A stretch of DNA of 63,769 nucleotides, filler included, from Reclinomonas americana ATCC 50394 (lineage: Eukaryota): NCBI GenBank assembly GCA_048213135.1. It is 5 parts of 4 records of this genome, joined end to end, with 100 filler letters (N's around TTAATTAATTAA, not from the genome) between each part and the next. Parts side by side here need not be neighbours in the genome. Positions count along the whole stretch, not along the records: positions 1 to 30,742 come from PS015154.1; 4 more parts are not named here. One strand, 5' to 3'. Both the position numbers and the translations under genes were made by a program. This document shows, in pieces, positions 12,249 to 25,400 of this stretch (the first letter of the stretch is position 1; every line of letters starts with the position of its first letter). The notes beneath the pieces were generated by a model. That model ran no database searches. It was given only the letters and a program-made list of their open reading frames with translations, and was not told the origin of the DNA.

Positions 12249-13177
12249 GCAAACAAAGCAAAGCCGGGTCCGGATCCGTGAGGCAGGCAAAGCAAAGCAA
12301 AGCTGCGGAGGTGTCGTAGTTGGTGGCGTGGTTGAAACAGAAGAGAGCTTGTCATGTTGTCGGTGAGGTTCATGGTGGCGGTGGCTGGTGGTAGGCGCGG
12401 TTGTTGTTGTTGTTGTCATTGTTGTCGCAGCAGTGATTCAAGACTGTGACAACCACTGACCGGTGGCCGCACAATGAGGAAAAGAGGCCTGAAGGTTGGT
12501 AGGTCCACCAGCAGCATGTGTGCGTTTCGGGAACTGCAATCTGCATCGCATCAACGTGAACGGAACTCAGTCATCTCACTTCACTTACTCCTCACTCGTC
12601 ACCGGCCGCTGCTGTGGCCGTGTGAGTGGACTCTACCACCGTCTCCATCGTCACGCTGCCGCTGCCACTGCTTTCGCCAGCCGCGGTGATCACTGTGGCC
12701 GTTGTCGTCTTTGTCGTCGTCGTCGTGCCAGCAAAGTCACCCTCACCACCTGAAGGAAACAGCTCCTTTCTTGCTACGACCGTGTAATACCTGCACGCGC
12801 AGCAAAGATGAGCCTCGCTCTCATTCTTCCCATACCTCTTCTCCTTCTCCTTGCAGATCGGTCATCTCCCTCCTCTCTCTCTCTCACTCACACGCTCTCG
12901 TTACTCGGTGGTCAGAACTCGAGTTTCACGGCCTCTCTCTCTCTCACTACACTCACTCACGCTCACTCGCACTCACCCAATCTCACTGCTCCGACTAAAT
13001 ATCGCAGTTTCCCCTCTTGATCCTCAGTCTTGCGACTGCACTCTGCCGTCTGAAACATCTCTCTCAGGTACACTCTCGCTTCCCATCAAACATGGCACCC
13101 CACTTTCTCCATACACAGCGCGACTTCCCTCTTGCATTCTCTCACACCCACACTCCATCTCCCTCCCCCACACACTG

Positions 13178-13345
13178 CACCACCACCACCGCCACTACCA
13201 CCACCAACAGCACGACAACAACAACAACAACAGCAAGAACAAGAACAACAACAGCGAGAACAGCAAGAATAAGAAGACGACGACGACGAAGAAGAAGAAC
13301 AAGAAGAACAAGAAGAACAAGAACACAAACGAAGAGGAAGATTAA
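13178..13345. repeat. Compound trinucleotide microsatellite (CAC/AAC/AAG/GAC)
   Basis: Seen directly in the sequence. Confidence 0.85.
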
Positions 13346-13526
13346 AGCAGCGGAGGAGGAAGAAAAGGAGAAAGAAAGAAGAAGGGGAAGGAAGACACCA
13401 TGACCAAGATGCAGGCAGATGAGGAAGAGAAGGAGTTGGGGAACAAAAAGACGAAACGAAGAGGAACAGAAGAATAAGAGCAGAAGAACAAAAAGAAGAA
13501 CAAACAGCCCCATCCCTCTCCCCCCG

Positions 13527-14513
13527 TCACCTCCCTTCCCTCTCTTCCCCCTCTCTTCCCCCTCTCTTCCCCCTCTCTCCCCCTTTTCCCCGCAACTCAT
13601 TCCTCCTCCTCCCCGCCATGGCACACACATCAATCGCCACCACCCGCTGCCTCCCAAACGACGCCTCCGCGTACCGCTCAACATGATCCTCGGGAATCCG
13701 ATAGTTGCGCGGCACCCTGGCACGCACCAATGAGCGCTGCAGCCCGGAAAACACAAGCAAACAAAAGGCGCCTCACTTTTTCACCGTGCGCTGATTGACC
13801 TTGAAGAGCGTCATGTGCGCCTCGAACTTGTACCCCTCATCGACAGCCACTCCACTCTGACTGAGATGCCTCGTCAACGCCACTGCGCAGTCGGCAACAT
13901 AAGAAGCGCGTAACTCCACGCAAGCAGCTTACCCATCGCGCACTCAACTCTGCATCCGCGACAACCACCTATGCGACTCGTCTTCCTCGACCGCCGCAAA
14001 CAGCACTCGTCCCTTCCCAAACGATCGCGTTCCTCGTAAATGCAACTCGCCACCGCCTGCAGCTGGCACAGGCGGCACCTCAAACGCATCCAGTGCCTGC
14101 TGCACCTCCGCGATCCATTGCTCCACTGGTGAAGGTGGCGCAAAGAGCAAATTCAGTGAGAAGTGAAAGGCGGCCTCGTCGATGCGCAGGTGGTTGAGGG
14201 TGCGCGTGGTCAGACACAGATCGTCTTGCGCAGCGCTGAGTGCGCTGACAAGGGCGCGGTTGTCGACTCGAACGGAGAGGAAATGCGTGGGAGGCACTCG
14301 TGCGCGCGACGAGGAAGCAGAGGCCGCGAAGGAGGAGAAGACGCGCGGGACGGTGTTGAGCACGGGCAACATGAATCGTGCGGCGGTTTCGGCGTATTCC
14401 TCCTCGAGAGGCGAGGCTGCTGCTGCAGCAGTGGGCGACTTTTCGTGGTCTTGTTGGTCGTCTGGTGCAGTGGGAGCGACGGGAACGACGATGCGGCGGC
14501 GACGTGGAGGCAT
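13527..14513 (-). CDS. AKAP7-like 2H phosphoesterase (2'-5' phosphodiesterase/LigT fold); 3' end uncertain
   Basis: Spliced product has PTHFLSVRV, the two 2H motifs FHFSL and AHMTL, and FGRQRVVAIDVCAM, which match the AKAP7 core pattern. Confidence 0.75.
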
Positions 14514-15158
14514 TGGGTGTGATGAGAATATGTCCTGCGGAATAGTAATCAACTTCACTGATCCATGCACAGCAATGAGCATCTACTAGTGATCGCCAAC
14601 AAGTCTCGTGTGCCCTCCTACAAATAAAACTTTTATCGACGTTGAGAAACCATACATAGTCAATTCTGGACACATTTACAGCCTCAAGGCCTTTGCTGGC
14701 TTGCATGCGAGAGAGTGTATCTGGCTCAGGCCGTACATGCACACGCAGAGGCTATGCGGTGTCATTTGTTGCTCATTCTGTGCATTCTTATATCGACGTC
14801 GACAGCAATTGCAAGCGACGTCGTGCAGCAACGTCGAGGCTATCCATCCTCCTCACAGCCTCCTGCTCATCAACCACCGTGCTCGCACATTGCGCACGCT
14901 GAAGACTATCATGATGGGTCGCAACGGCGGCTCAGAACTCACCGTCAAGCCATCGACGTTGCGAATTTCGACCACTGGAAGGAAACAAAGCTCTGTCGCA
15001 CATCGCTGCACGTGTTCCTTCACTTGTTACTACGCCCTCCGCAGCCACACAAGCTCCACTCTTCCACTGCGCGCCTCACACTCCAAGAAAAAAGCGCGGG
15101 ACAAAAAACTGACCGTTACTTTTCCAAGTCACAGTCACTCAATCGCGCACCAAGTGCA

Positions 15159-15571
15159 ATGAGACGCGCGTCGTCTCCCTCAGTGGGAGGAGCAACAACA
15201 ACAGCAGCAACAGCAGCAGGAGGGCAGCAGAGTGTGACTGCTGGTGCCTCCTCCTCCATGACACATGTGATGTGTGTGTGGGTGGAGGAGGCGGTGGAGA
15301 TGCCAGTGGTGGGCGTGCGAGGCAAGAGAGTGTGTCTGCTGTCGCAGTTTAACAGTTGCGTGAGCGGGAGGGAGAGGGGGGATAAGAGGGAGGGAGAAGA
15401 GAGATGAGAGGCAGCAGTTTTTTTGTGTCCCTTCCTTCCTCTCTTTCTCTGTGTGCCTGCGTACGCAGTGCTGTCTTCTCTCTGTCTTCTCTGTCTTGTG
15501 CAACTCACCTCTGTCCTTGATCTGCCCTTTCCCTTCTTCTTCTTCTTCTGTCACACTCGTCTTCAGTCTCG

Positions 15572-15615
<44 letters not shown>

Positions 15616-15735
15616 TCGNNNNNNNNNNNNNNNNNNNNCGGCGTGCCCGTTCGCCTTACCTCTTTGTTACCTCCGACGTTGTCGTAACCTACCGACTTTA
15701 CGTTCCCCTTCCGTTCGTTCGTCTCCTCTTTGTCA

Positions 15736-15785
<50 letters not shown>

Positions 15786-18700
15786 CCTTTTGAACACTTC
15801 GTTCATCCTTCTCATTCACCTTTCTCTGCCTTCGCTTCTCAGCCTCCCTCACTCTTCCCTTTCGCCTCACCCTTCCCCTTCTATTCCCCTTCTCACCCTC
15901 CCCCGCAACAGGGCAAGAACAACGCTCCCCATCCGTCCCCCTCCCTCTCCCCCAATCCAACACCGGCAACACCAACTCCACTCCACCGCCCTCCGCCTCC
16001 ACCCAACCACCCGCCAGCGCACTTCGCCTGCAGTGGACATTCACACCCGCACAGTGGCGGGAGGTGCGCGCCAACCGACGTGCCGCAGTCCGCGTCGACG
16101 TGCTGGTCCACGAGGCCAACAAGGCACCGGACGCGCGCACCGACTCGCTCGGCTACGCTCTGTTGCATGTGCACGAGTGTGTGGAGGCGCAGGGAGCACC
16201 AGAGGAGGTGCAGCTGCGCGAGTACCCGCTGAATGCGTCGCAGCATCGGCGGTTCAACGCACCACGACCGGCAGTGTTGCGCGTGCGCTTTTTTGTGCAG
16301 ACGAATGCGAATACGATGGCGGGTGATAATCCAGGTGCGGGTGAGCGCAATCAGGAGGGGGAATTGTTGCATCTCTCTCTCCCTCTCTGGTTCCATTCAC
16401 CGTTCTCACTCTGCATTCGTCTCTCTTTTACTCGTTGTTCTCGCTCGCTATCTTCCACTCCTTTTCTTGCACTGTCGTTTCGTTCATCGTTCTCTCACAC
16501 TTTCTGTCAGTCTCCCTCTCCCCTTTCTCTCCATCTCCCCCGCTCATTTTCTCGTCTCTCTTTCTCTCTTGCCCTCTCTCCCTGTTTCAACCTATCTGTT
16601 CCTTCTCTCTTATCTCGTCTCGCTTGTCTTCTCATGTCATTTTCATCTCCTTTCGTTCTTGTTATCTCTTCGTTCTCTCTCTTCTCTCTCGCCAATTCCC
16701 CTTCGCCCATTTCTCTCCCCTTTTCTCCCTTGTCGTTGAGTTCAACGTTCTCTCGCACTTCCTGTCAGTCTCCGTCTCCCTCTTTCTCTGCCTCCTCCGC
16801 TCATTTTCTCGTCTCTCGTCTCTCGTCTCTCTTGCCCTCTTTCCCTTTTTCCAATTCCTCTCTTCTCCCTTGTCGTTTCGTTCTTGGTTCTCTCGCACTT
16901 CCAGTCAGTCTCTCCGCTCATTTTCTCGTTTCTCGTCTCTCTTGCCCTCTCTCCTTGTTTCAACCTCTCTGTCCCTTCTCTCTCATCTCGTCTCTTTTCT
17001 CTTCTCATCTCTCTTTCTTCTCCTTTCTCGCTCTCGCCAACTCGCCTTTTCCTCCCAATTCCTCCTTCTCCTTCCGTCTTTCCCTTTTCTTCACACTTCC
17101 CCGTCCCCTCAACGCCTTTCTCATCCACCCTCTCTCTATTCTTCGCAGACTCCGCACCACCTCCACCACTCGTCGTGGATACACAAACACAGGATGTCGT
17201 ACCAACACCACCACTGTCCCCCGGACGCGTGGGAGGCGGTGTGTTCCCCTCGACAGCTCTCTTCTTTCCCCCCTCAATTCTCACTCTTTTTTTAAATCCT
17301 CGCCAGGCCCCAATCGTGATCCAGTGAGCAATCAACCTGCGTTTGGCGCTGGCGATGAGCGCAAACTGCGCCTCTCCATCAACCTCCGCGACTTTCGCGA
17401 CTGTGCGCTTCCGTCGGCCAATGTGTACATATTTTACAAGCTGCCGGCTCTCGGCGTATTCACACCCATCAAGTCCACGTCGATGCAGGTGATTGATTGC
17501 CGACGATGAGAACACTTGTGCGTCTCGCTCACCCCGTGCGCAGATTGTCGGTCGTGGCGAATTCAAAATCCCCAACGGCTACTGCACATTTGATTTCCAC
17601 ACCCCACCTCGGTTATTCGCGCAAGCACTGGCCACTGCGCCACTGGAACTCCTCGTGTTTCACAAGGGCGAGGCATCGAAGGACGAGCTGGTGAGTGAAG
17701 ATGCGCTGCAGGCATTGTAAGCGGGCGCTGACAGCGATTCGCAGATTGGTGTCGCCACCATTTCTCTGCAAGAAATCGTCACTGCACCGGCCGTGGCGAT
17801 TCGTTCCGATGGCGTAGCCGAGGTCATGTGTCATATTCTCGATCTGTTGGTACCCGTGATGCTCACAGACAACGAGACGGGAGAGAGTCGGAGGGTGAGT
17901 ATTGCTATTTTTGAGTGTGCAGTGCGTCGCTGCTTCTCATTGTGGCGAGTACAGAGTGGCATTTTGCGAGTGGTGTGCACACTGGAGATTTTCCCGAGCG
18001 CCGAACCAAGACCACTGGCTGTTTTTGAGCGACAGGATCCGCATACTGTTTACACAGAAGGTGTGTTGCCAACCTGCAGCAGGGTTCCTTGCTCTCGCTT
18101 CCGCTCCCTTTCTCTCGCTTCCGCTCTCTTGCTCTCGCTTGCGCTCCTTGCTCTCGCTTGCGCTCCTTGCTCTCGCTTGCGCTCCTTGCTCTCGCTTGCG
18201 CTCCTTGCTCTCGCTTGCGCTCCTTGCTCTCGCTTCCGCTCCTTGCTCTCGCTTCCGCTCCTTGCTCTCGCTTCCGCTCCTTGCTCTCGCTTCCGCTATC
18301 TTTCTCTCGCTCCCGCTCCATTCTCTCCTTCCCCCCTTTCCCTTCCCCCTTTCCCTTCCCCCTTTCCCTTCCCCCGTTTCCCTTCCTCCCTTTCCCTTCC
18401 CCCCTTTCTCTTCCCCCTTCTCACTCCCCCTCTAAAAGACCCCCACCGACGACCACCTCTCGCCCCACCACCCCAACCACCCGCCACCACGACTGCCGCC
18501 AGTGACCGCCGCCGACCATCCTCCGCCTCGCCCACGCGTCGCGCCGAGGGAGGCGACGAAGGAGCGAGTGCCGCGCCGCCACCTCGACAACCACCAACCA
18601 TCACCATGCCAGTGGCACGGCCGCACGACGACCTCACAGCAAGCATGTTGCGCGACACTCCCGAGTACCGCACGGCACTGGAATTGGNNNNNNNNNNNNN

Positions 18701-20411
18701 NNNNNNNNNNNNNNNNNNNNNNNNNNNNNNNNNNNNNNNNNNNNNNNNNNNNNNNNNNNNNNNNNNNNNNNNNNNNNNNNNNNNNNNNNNNNNNNNNNNN
18801 NNNNNNNNNNNNNNNNNNNNNNNNNNNNNNNNNNNNNNAAATGTGGAAGGAGCAGGAAAAGGCGAGATTCGCGGAAGAGATGACGGTGTATGAGCGCAAG
18901 AGGAAGGCGCAGTTGGAGAGGGAGCATGCGGAGCGTGCGCAGCGTTTTGAGGCGGGTGTGAAGCTGCGCGAGGCGGAGTTGGCCAAGCACGAGGAGCGGA
19001 TGCGCGCCTGCGTGGCGGAGTGTGAGGCACGCGAACGGCGCCTGACATCGATTGATGCGGAGTTGCAGCGGCGCAAGGTGGAGTTGGAGCGCGACTACGC
19101 CATCAAGTGCTCGCAGGCCGACGATGCCGTGCGACGTGCTCGTGAGGAGTGTGAGCACAAGGTGTCACTGGAGCGACTCAAGTGCGAAGAGTTCGACAAG
19201 CAGCTAAAGCAGGCGCAGAAGCGCATGGAGAAGGCCGACGCACAGCTGCAGAAGCAGGTGGAGGAGTTTGAGCAGGTTTGACACGAGATTTGTTTGGNNN
19301 NNNNNNNNNNNNNNNNNTGAGGGCTGTGGAGTGTGGTGTGAAGTTACTGACTGCCACGGCATTGTAGTATCGCAAGAGCAACAGCGAGAGCGAGGCGGCG
19401 GCCCTGCGACAGCAGTTGTCGATTTTACAAAACGATGTTGTTGCGTAATCAATGAGAATCGCTTGAGCAACTCTCATCTGACTGTCGCGTGCAGGCCGAA
19501 TCACACCGCACCATTGACCGACTGAACAAGTCCAAGAAGAGCTACAAGGATCAACTGCGTCGCGCCGTACAGGAGATCGATCGCCTGAGCGTGCTGCACC
19601 GAGATCGACGCACAGCGGAGCTCGACAGGGTTTGTCTTGCGTGTCCTCCCTCCATTCAACAAGTTGGTTGACTGCTTGTCGGCCACAGGAAAAAGAAGAG
19701 ATTGAGGGCTTGCGCCGCCACTACTTGCAGGTGGAGCAGGCGAGTTTGCGCACGATTGGCGGCGGTGCCGCTGCCTCCGCCGGTCAAATGATGGCCGGTA
19801 CGACCACCACCACGACGGGTGGTTGGGGCTTTGAGCAGCTGGCAGCACGGGCGCAGAGTGCAGGAGGCTCCGCATCGCATCTCAGCGAACTGCACACTCT
19901 GCAGAGTCGCCTCAACTCGCTGCTGCGACGCTTCGAGACGGGAGCGGGCGAGGAAGGCGTGCCCTCTGATCCACAGCAGCCACAGCAGCAACCGCCACCA
20001 CCGGCTCCAGCCGCCGCTGCTTCTGCTGTTCCTCCTCCTCCTCCTCCCCCTCAGCAACAACAACAAGCACAGCAGCAGCAGCCTGCACAACCGCAGCCAC
20101 CACCACTGGTCTCAGCGACATCGACCAACACGATGGCGACGGTGGCCAGTGGCGGCCGGTCGTTCATGGTGTCGACCGCGGACTCGTCGTCCGAGGAGGA
20201 CTCGTTGCGCATGCGCGATCCCGAACTCGCCGTGGTGCGTCGCTCCGGGCACTATGGTGGCGAGAACGCCCGTGAAAACGAGGAAATCCGCCGACTGCTA
20301 CGCGAGAAGGAGGAGCTGTTGCGCGTGGGTTTGGAACCGTCGGATAGCGTCGTCGCGGAGATTGACAGGAAGGTGGCCGACATTCGCGCTCGCGCCGGTC
20401 GCGCCAGGTAG
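15159..20411 (+). CDS. CEP120: Centrosomal protein CEP120 (C2 domains plus coiled coil), multi-exon
   Basis: Motifs LSINLRDF..NVYIFYKLP, IPNGYCTFDF..PLELLVFHK..SKDEL, RDTPEYRTALELEMWKE and C-terminal RLLREKEELLRVG..DSVVAEIDRKV, all characteristic of CEP120. Confidence 0.9.
18087..18298. repeat. 19-bp minisatellite (CCTTGCTCTCGCTT[G/C]CGCT, ~11 copies) in a CEP120 intron
   Basis: Direct tandem copies with no spacers. Confidence 0.9.
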
Positions 20412-20515
20412 CACAACAATAATACAAAATAGTACCCCCCTAATAGCAAGCCAATAGTTAATTTCATTTGGCCCTTTCTAACAGGATATGGATGCACAAA
20501 AAAAGAGCTAGCTCC

Positions 20516-21666
20516 CTATTGGTACAGCGTCATGTCGTGGAAGCGCACCAGCAACGCATCGTCGCCCTCCGGCGTGATGACCACCATGCCCGAGATCTCC
20601 TCTTCATCGGTGTGCACGATAAAGGCAATGTCAATGTTCTCGAACAGTCTGGCGGAGAGGGGAAGGGGAAGGGGAAGGGGAGACGTAAGACTCTCATCAA
20701 TGGGTAATCTTCACCAATGCACGCAACTCTGAATCAATCACCGAGAGCACGACCAGTGTGCCACCGTGTGCGGCCGCCTCCGCCGCCAGTGACTTCTCCA
20801 ATTCGGTGCGGGGTCCGCGGAGCGGCTGATTCAGACGCAAGTACTCGCGGGCCTCCAGGCAGACCAGCGCGGGGAAGTGCAGACTGTGTGAGGGAGTAGG
20901 ATTAGAGAAGGGGGGAGAGAGGAAAGGGGCGGATGGGGGGAAGGGGGAAGAGGGGAGGGGGGAAGAGGGAAGGCGGGAAGATGCAAGGTGAGAAGAGGGA
21001 AGGGGGAAGACGGAAGAGGGGATAACGGAAGGGAGAAGACTGGAGGGGGAAGGGAAAGATGGGATGGGGAAGACGCAAGGCTGGAAGAGGGAAGGAGAGA
21101 GAGACGGAAGAGGGGAGGAGGGAAGAGGGAAGGAGGAAGACGGAAGGTGAAAGAGGGAAGGAGGAAGACGGAAGGTGAAAGAGGGAGGGGGGAAGAGGGA
21201 ACGGAGGACGACAAGAAGCAGACAGAGAAACATAACAAGACAAAGAATACAGCCTCTCTCACAAAGTCGTGAATCTGCATGCAACAGGAGCGCAGAAGCT
21301 TCTTCTCTCTCTCTCTCTCTCCCTACACTCATCACGAACTCTGGCATGTGCAGTGGTCGTCAAGAGGAGGAACGCAGGCAGAGAAAAAAACGGCCGCTCT
21401 CACAGAGTGGAAAACCTGCTGACCAGAGGGGCGGAGAAGCTTCCTCTCTCTCTCTCTCTNNNNNNNNNNNNNNNNNNNNAGTGGAGGTGGAGGGGGTGGT
21501 TGCAGCGGAGACACTGTGTGTGTGTGAGGGAGTGAGTGAGTGTGTGTCAGAGGTGTGTGCAAGTTGCAAAGCAACGGTACCTCTTGTGTGGTGAGAGTGT
21601 GAACACTGCGGCGGCTGCTGCTGTGCAGCTGAGGAAGGCGGTGGCGGAGAGGCGATGCAGCCACAT
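20516..21666 (-). CDS. Small spliced hypothetical protein, possibly with an N-terminal targeting peptide
   Basis: Coding-like exons ...EAREYLRLNQPLRGPRTELEKSLAAEAAAHGG... and LFENIDIAFIVHTDEEEISGMVVITPEGDDALLVRFHDMTLYQ*. The 5' exon MWLHRLSATAFLS... is tentative. Confidence 0.5.
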
Positions 21667-21724
21667 TGAGACGGAGGATGTGTGAGTGAGAAAAGCTCGA
21701 TGTCCTGTGACCGCACTCAAATGC

Positions 21725-21800
21725 AATTCCCTTGCCGACCATGACCTTGGCATATCAACAATAGGCACGCAAGTACTCTTCTCCGACAGTCATCTTCCCT
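21725..21800 (+). repeat. Partial copy of repeat family A in a divergent promoter
   Basis: TCCCTTGCCGACCATGACCTTGGCATATCAACAATA matches 54080-54116. Confidence 0.7.
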
Positions 21801-22430
21801 TTCAGGCCTAGGAGGCAATTGCAAAGCCAATATATAAACTGCAATTGCAAACTTTGATGGAGTGCAGACCGTGTTTGCGTGCAGCTGCTGTGAATATCAG
21901 CTTGCGTACACAACACACACTCGTGCAATGGCTTTTTTTAAATCACTCGCACAGTTGCACTTGCAGAATTCGAGCAAGAAAAGCCCTTTTCTTGCCAACT
22001 TCGCTGTCAGTTGTGCTTTGAAGTGGAATTGCAGCTGCCACGAGACGGTCTCCTGTGCGTTCTAGTGCATGGGGAATGCATCATGCGTCTCAGAGCTTGA
22101 TGGAGATGGTGAGTTGTCTCGACGTCGAACGTCGAGATCGTTTTTTCTCCTCATCTTTCGATTGCCAACGTTCCTCCATGCGCTCCATCGCTCGCACTCT
22201 GCCTCTTCAGTGCAACAGCATCGCTCGCACTCATACACTATCGTTTTTTCGACGTTACAATGCACAGGACCGTTTTTCAATTGTTTTCTCTCCTCACGCG
22301 CGCAGGCGCAAGCCGTTAGAGTGAGCGCGCGAGAGAGAGGTGAATGCCTTACGCTCTCTGCCTCTCTCTCTCTCTCTCCATGCAACTCTCTGACTCGTTC
22401 TCTTTGCAGAAAAAACGGGCCCTCTCTCTC

Positions 22431-25400
22431 ATGGGCGACTCGGCCGCTCACTACGATGTCGATCGACGAGGTTCGCTCACTCACTCACTCTCCCTCCTCT
22501 CCCCCTCTCACAAACTCACTCTCTCTACACAACAGCAATCCACCGCGAAGTCACTGCGCTTCGACAACGACTCACTCCTCGATCGCCCCCCTCCTCCTCC
22601 TCCTCGTCCTCCACCACCACCACACCTTCCACCGAGCAGGCCTTCTCCATCCACGCAGTGCTCAGTGAGGTCGCCCAGGTGTCTCACGCACTCGCCAGCG
22701 CACAAGCAGCACATGAGTCACACGCAGACGAGGTCGAACACGCGCGGAAAGAGACTCTACGCGCTCTCCACTGGTGCGATCAGAGCCTCCAACGCGTCCT
22801 TGCAGAGGCGCCTCAGTGGACCGATCTAATAGCGATTGTGCACGGGGATCAGTCGTCGTCGTCGTGGGGATCGATCACGCAACTGTGCGAGAGTTGGGAG
22901 CGGGCGGCACGAGAATGCGATGAAAAGGCGATGTTTTGGCGACCTCTGGGCGTGTTTCTGCGGCGATCGGTGACGGTGTTGGGAGAGGCGATGCGCGTGG
23001 ATGAGGTGGAACAGGCGCGTGCAGAGGCGGCGAGTGTGACGGGGGAGTGTCGGCGAATGGCGCAGGTGGTGCGGCAGTTGGAGAGTGAGATGCGAGCGAT
23101 GCGGGAGTGGAGTCGTGGGGAGGCGGAGGGAGTGCGCGAGTCGGTGAGGACGTTGTTTGGGGCGGTGCATCCGGCGGCGCCAAAGCCCGACGATCCCACG
23201 GCGGTCATGCGATTGCCGGCGGGTCCAGTGCGCGACCGCGAAGGGCAGGAGGTGTGTGTGTGTGTGTCTCCGTCTCTTCCGCGTGCTCCTGCGTGGTGAC
23301 GAGTGCGCTGTGGCAGGCGCTGGTGTGGGAGTGGTTCTCGAGCATTGACATGGAGGCCGCTGCGCGGGCGTCGGTGGCTGGCGAGCTGGAGCGCTTCGGG
23401 TCGCCGCACAGTGGCGGCTCATTGCCGTCGCCTCGCATCAACCTGGGCGGTCTCAGTGGTCTTCTGTCGGCGCTGAATGCCGCCACGGTCACATTGTTGA
23501 TGTCGTTGAAGCGACGGCTGCGTGACGAAGCCGAGGTTTTGTTGCCGTCGCTGGCTGTTTGTTGTGTGCATTGGCTCACACACACACACGATGTGTGGGG
23601 TGCAGCGTGCGGTGGCGAGGGCACTGGATCTCGAGGCCCGGCATCGTGCGGCGACCGCCGTCACCTCCCCGTCCTCGTCTACCAGCTCGACGTCGTCTGT
23701 CGGCTCACCTGCAGTTGCGACATGCTTCTCTCTCCTGTTGTCGAGAAGTAGTGACTTACCAGTTTCGTGCTTGACGCAAACAAGTCTGCTGGTCTCCGGG
23801 AGCAGATCCACCAGATTGTTGCCGCCCATCGCAACCGTCTCATGGTTGTGTCGACGGCCATTGAGCAGATCGAGGTACAGGAGATGATTCGCTGTGAGTG
23901 ACATGCAATGTGTGGCTGACTTGCATTTTTTCGCAGAACACACAGGCGCACAAGAGCAGTGGCGGCGACCAGGCTGCCGCCACCGTGCCAACCATTCGTC
24001 TCATCGACCAGCTGGACAATGAATTGGAACGCGCACGCCAGGAGTTTGCCGACGCCTTGTGGGACTTGCGCTCGCAGTGGTCCGAGCGCGTGCAATTGAC
24101 GGCTGCGTTTCCTCGCGCCGACGTCAGCCCGATCAATCGGCGAGTGCGGCCGGCGGAGACCGATTCGCAGCTCGGGGAGTTGCTGAGTGCGCTGAGTACC
24201 AAGGGAGCGGAGCTCATGGATGCCCGCTTGGAGAATGAGCGGATTCGCTCGCATGTGGGGAGCCTGGAGGATCGCGTGCGCACGGCCAATGCGGTGTGTG
24301 TGTGTGAATCGTGTCACCACGATGGCAGGCTACGTGTCTCTCATCTACCGCGTAGGAATCGACGGCATTGCGCCACGAGCTCGACAGCCTGCGTGAGGAG
24401 CGACAGCAGTGGATGGAGAGCGCTGACAATTTGCGCTCGCGCCTGCATCAGGTGCTGCTCGAGAGCGACGACATCCGCCGATCGCACGCCGACTTGGAGG
24501 AGGTCTGTGTTCGGGGAAGAAGGCAGAAGAAAACTTGATTTTTGGTTCTGAATTTTTTGGTGACAGGCGGTTCGAGCGGCGCGGCGTCACGAGCGGGCGG
24601 CAGAGACCGAGAAAGCGCGAGCCGATCGCGCGGAGGCCGAACTGGCCGAGGTCACTGCCAAGCTCGCCAGCAAGCGACAGGAGTACAAGGTGGGAGGCGG
24701 GGGATAAGGGGGGAGAGAGGGAAGGAAAGGGATAGATGGAGATGACCGTGTTTCCGCCACCCCCCTCGCATTTCCGTGGCACTCCTCGATACTTTTGTGG
24801 CCCTCCTCGATTTTGTCGGTCCTTTTTGACTTCTCGGCCCTCTTCACTACCTCGGCCCTGTTCGGATTTCTGTGAACCCTGGTAGCTTTTGCTCGGCCCT
24901 GTTATTTTCTGGGCCCTCTTTGAACTTCTTCGATTGTGTCCGCGTTTTCTCGACCTCGGCCCTCCTCGTGTTTCGTCGGCCCACCTCTATTTTCGCGGCC
25001 CTCGTTCTGCGTCGGTCTTGTTCGTGTTTTTCTGGGCCCTCTCCACACTATGGGTCCTGTTGGGAATACCTTGGCCCCTCTCGCGTTTTGTGGCTCACCT
25101 CTACATCCACGGCCCTTGTTCTACCTCGATCTTGTTCGCATTTCTGTGCCCTCTGCTCTCTTTGGGTTCCGTTCGGAGTTTGTTGGGCCTTCTCGCATTT
25201 CTGTGGTCCTCGGCTTTCATCTGCCCTCCGATCGTTTTCTCGACCCTGTTCATTCTTTACGGCCCTCTGTTCCCCAGTCCTGTTCGGGATTAGTTGGCCC
25301 TCTCTGCTCTCTCTGGGCCCTGTCCCTGTTCGTGTTTCTGTGGCCCTCTCTGCTCTATCTGAGTCTTGTTCGGCTTTGCTTGGCCCTCCGTTTGTTTCTC

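Noticed and set aside
12420-13140. Possible extra exons of the AKAP7-like gene or a separate gene
   Set aside because: A Thr/Ser-rich open frame with an acceptor exists at ~12591-12749 (minus strand), but I could not link it in frame with confidence.
18087-18298. CRISPR-like array (also considered for 24760-25670 and 52200-53067)
   Set aside because: No unique spacers of regular length, no cas genes, and the context is eukaryotic intron or exon.
18688-18838. 151-N gap as a missing CEP120 exon or insertion
   Set aside because: The flanks join as GAA TTG G+AA ATG TGG (ELEMW), the expected CEP120 motif, so no coding sequence is missing.
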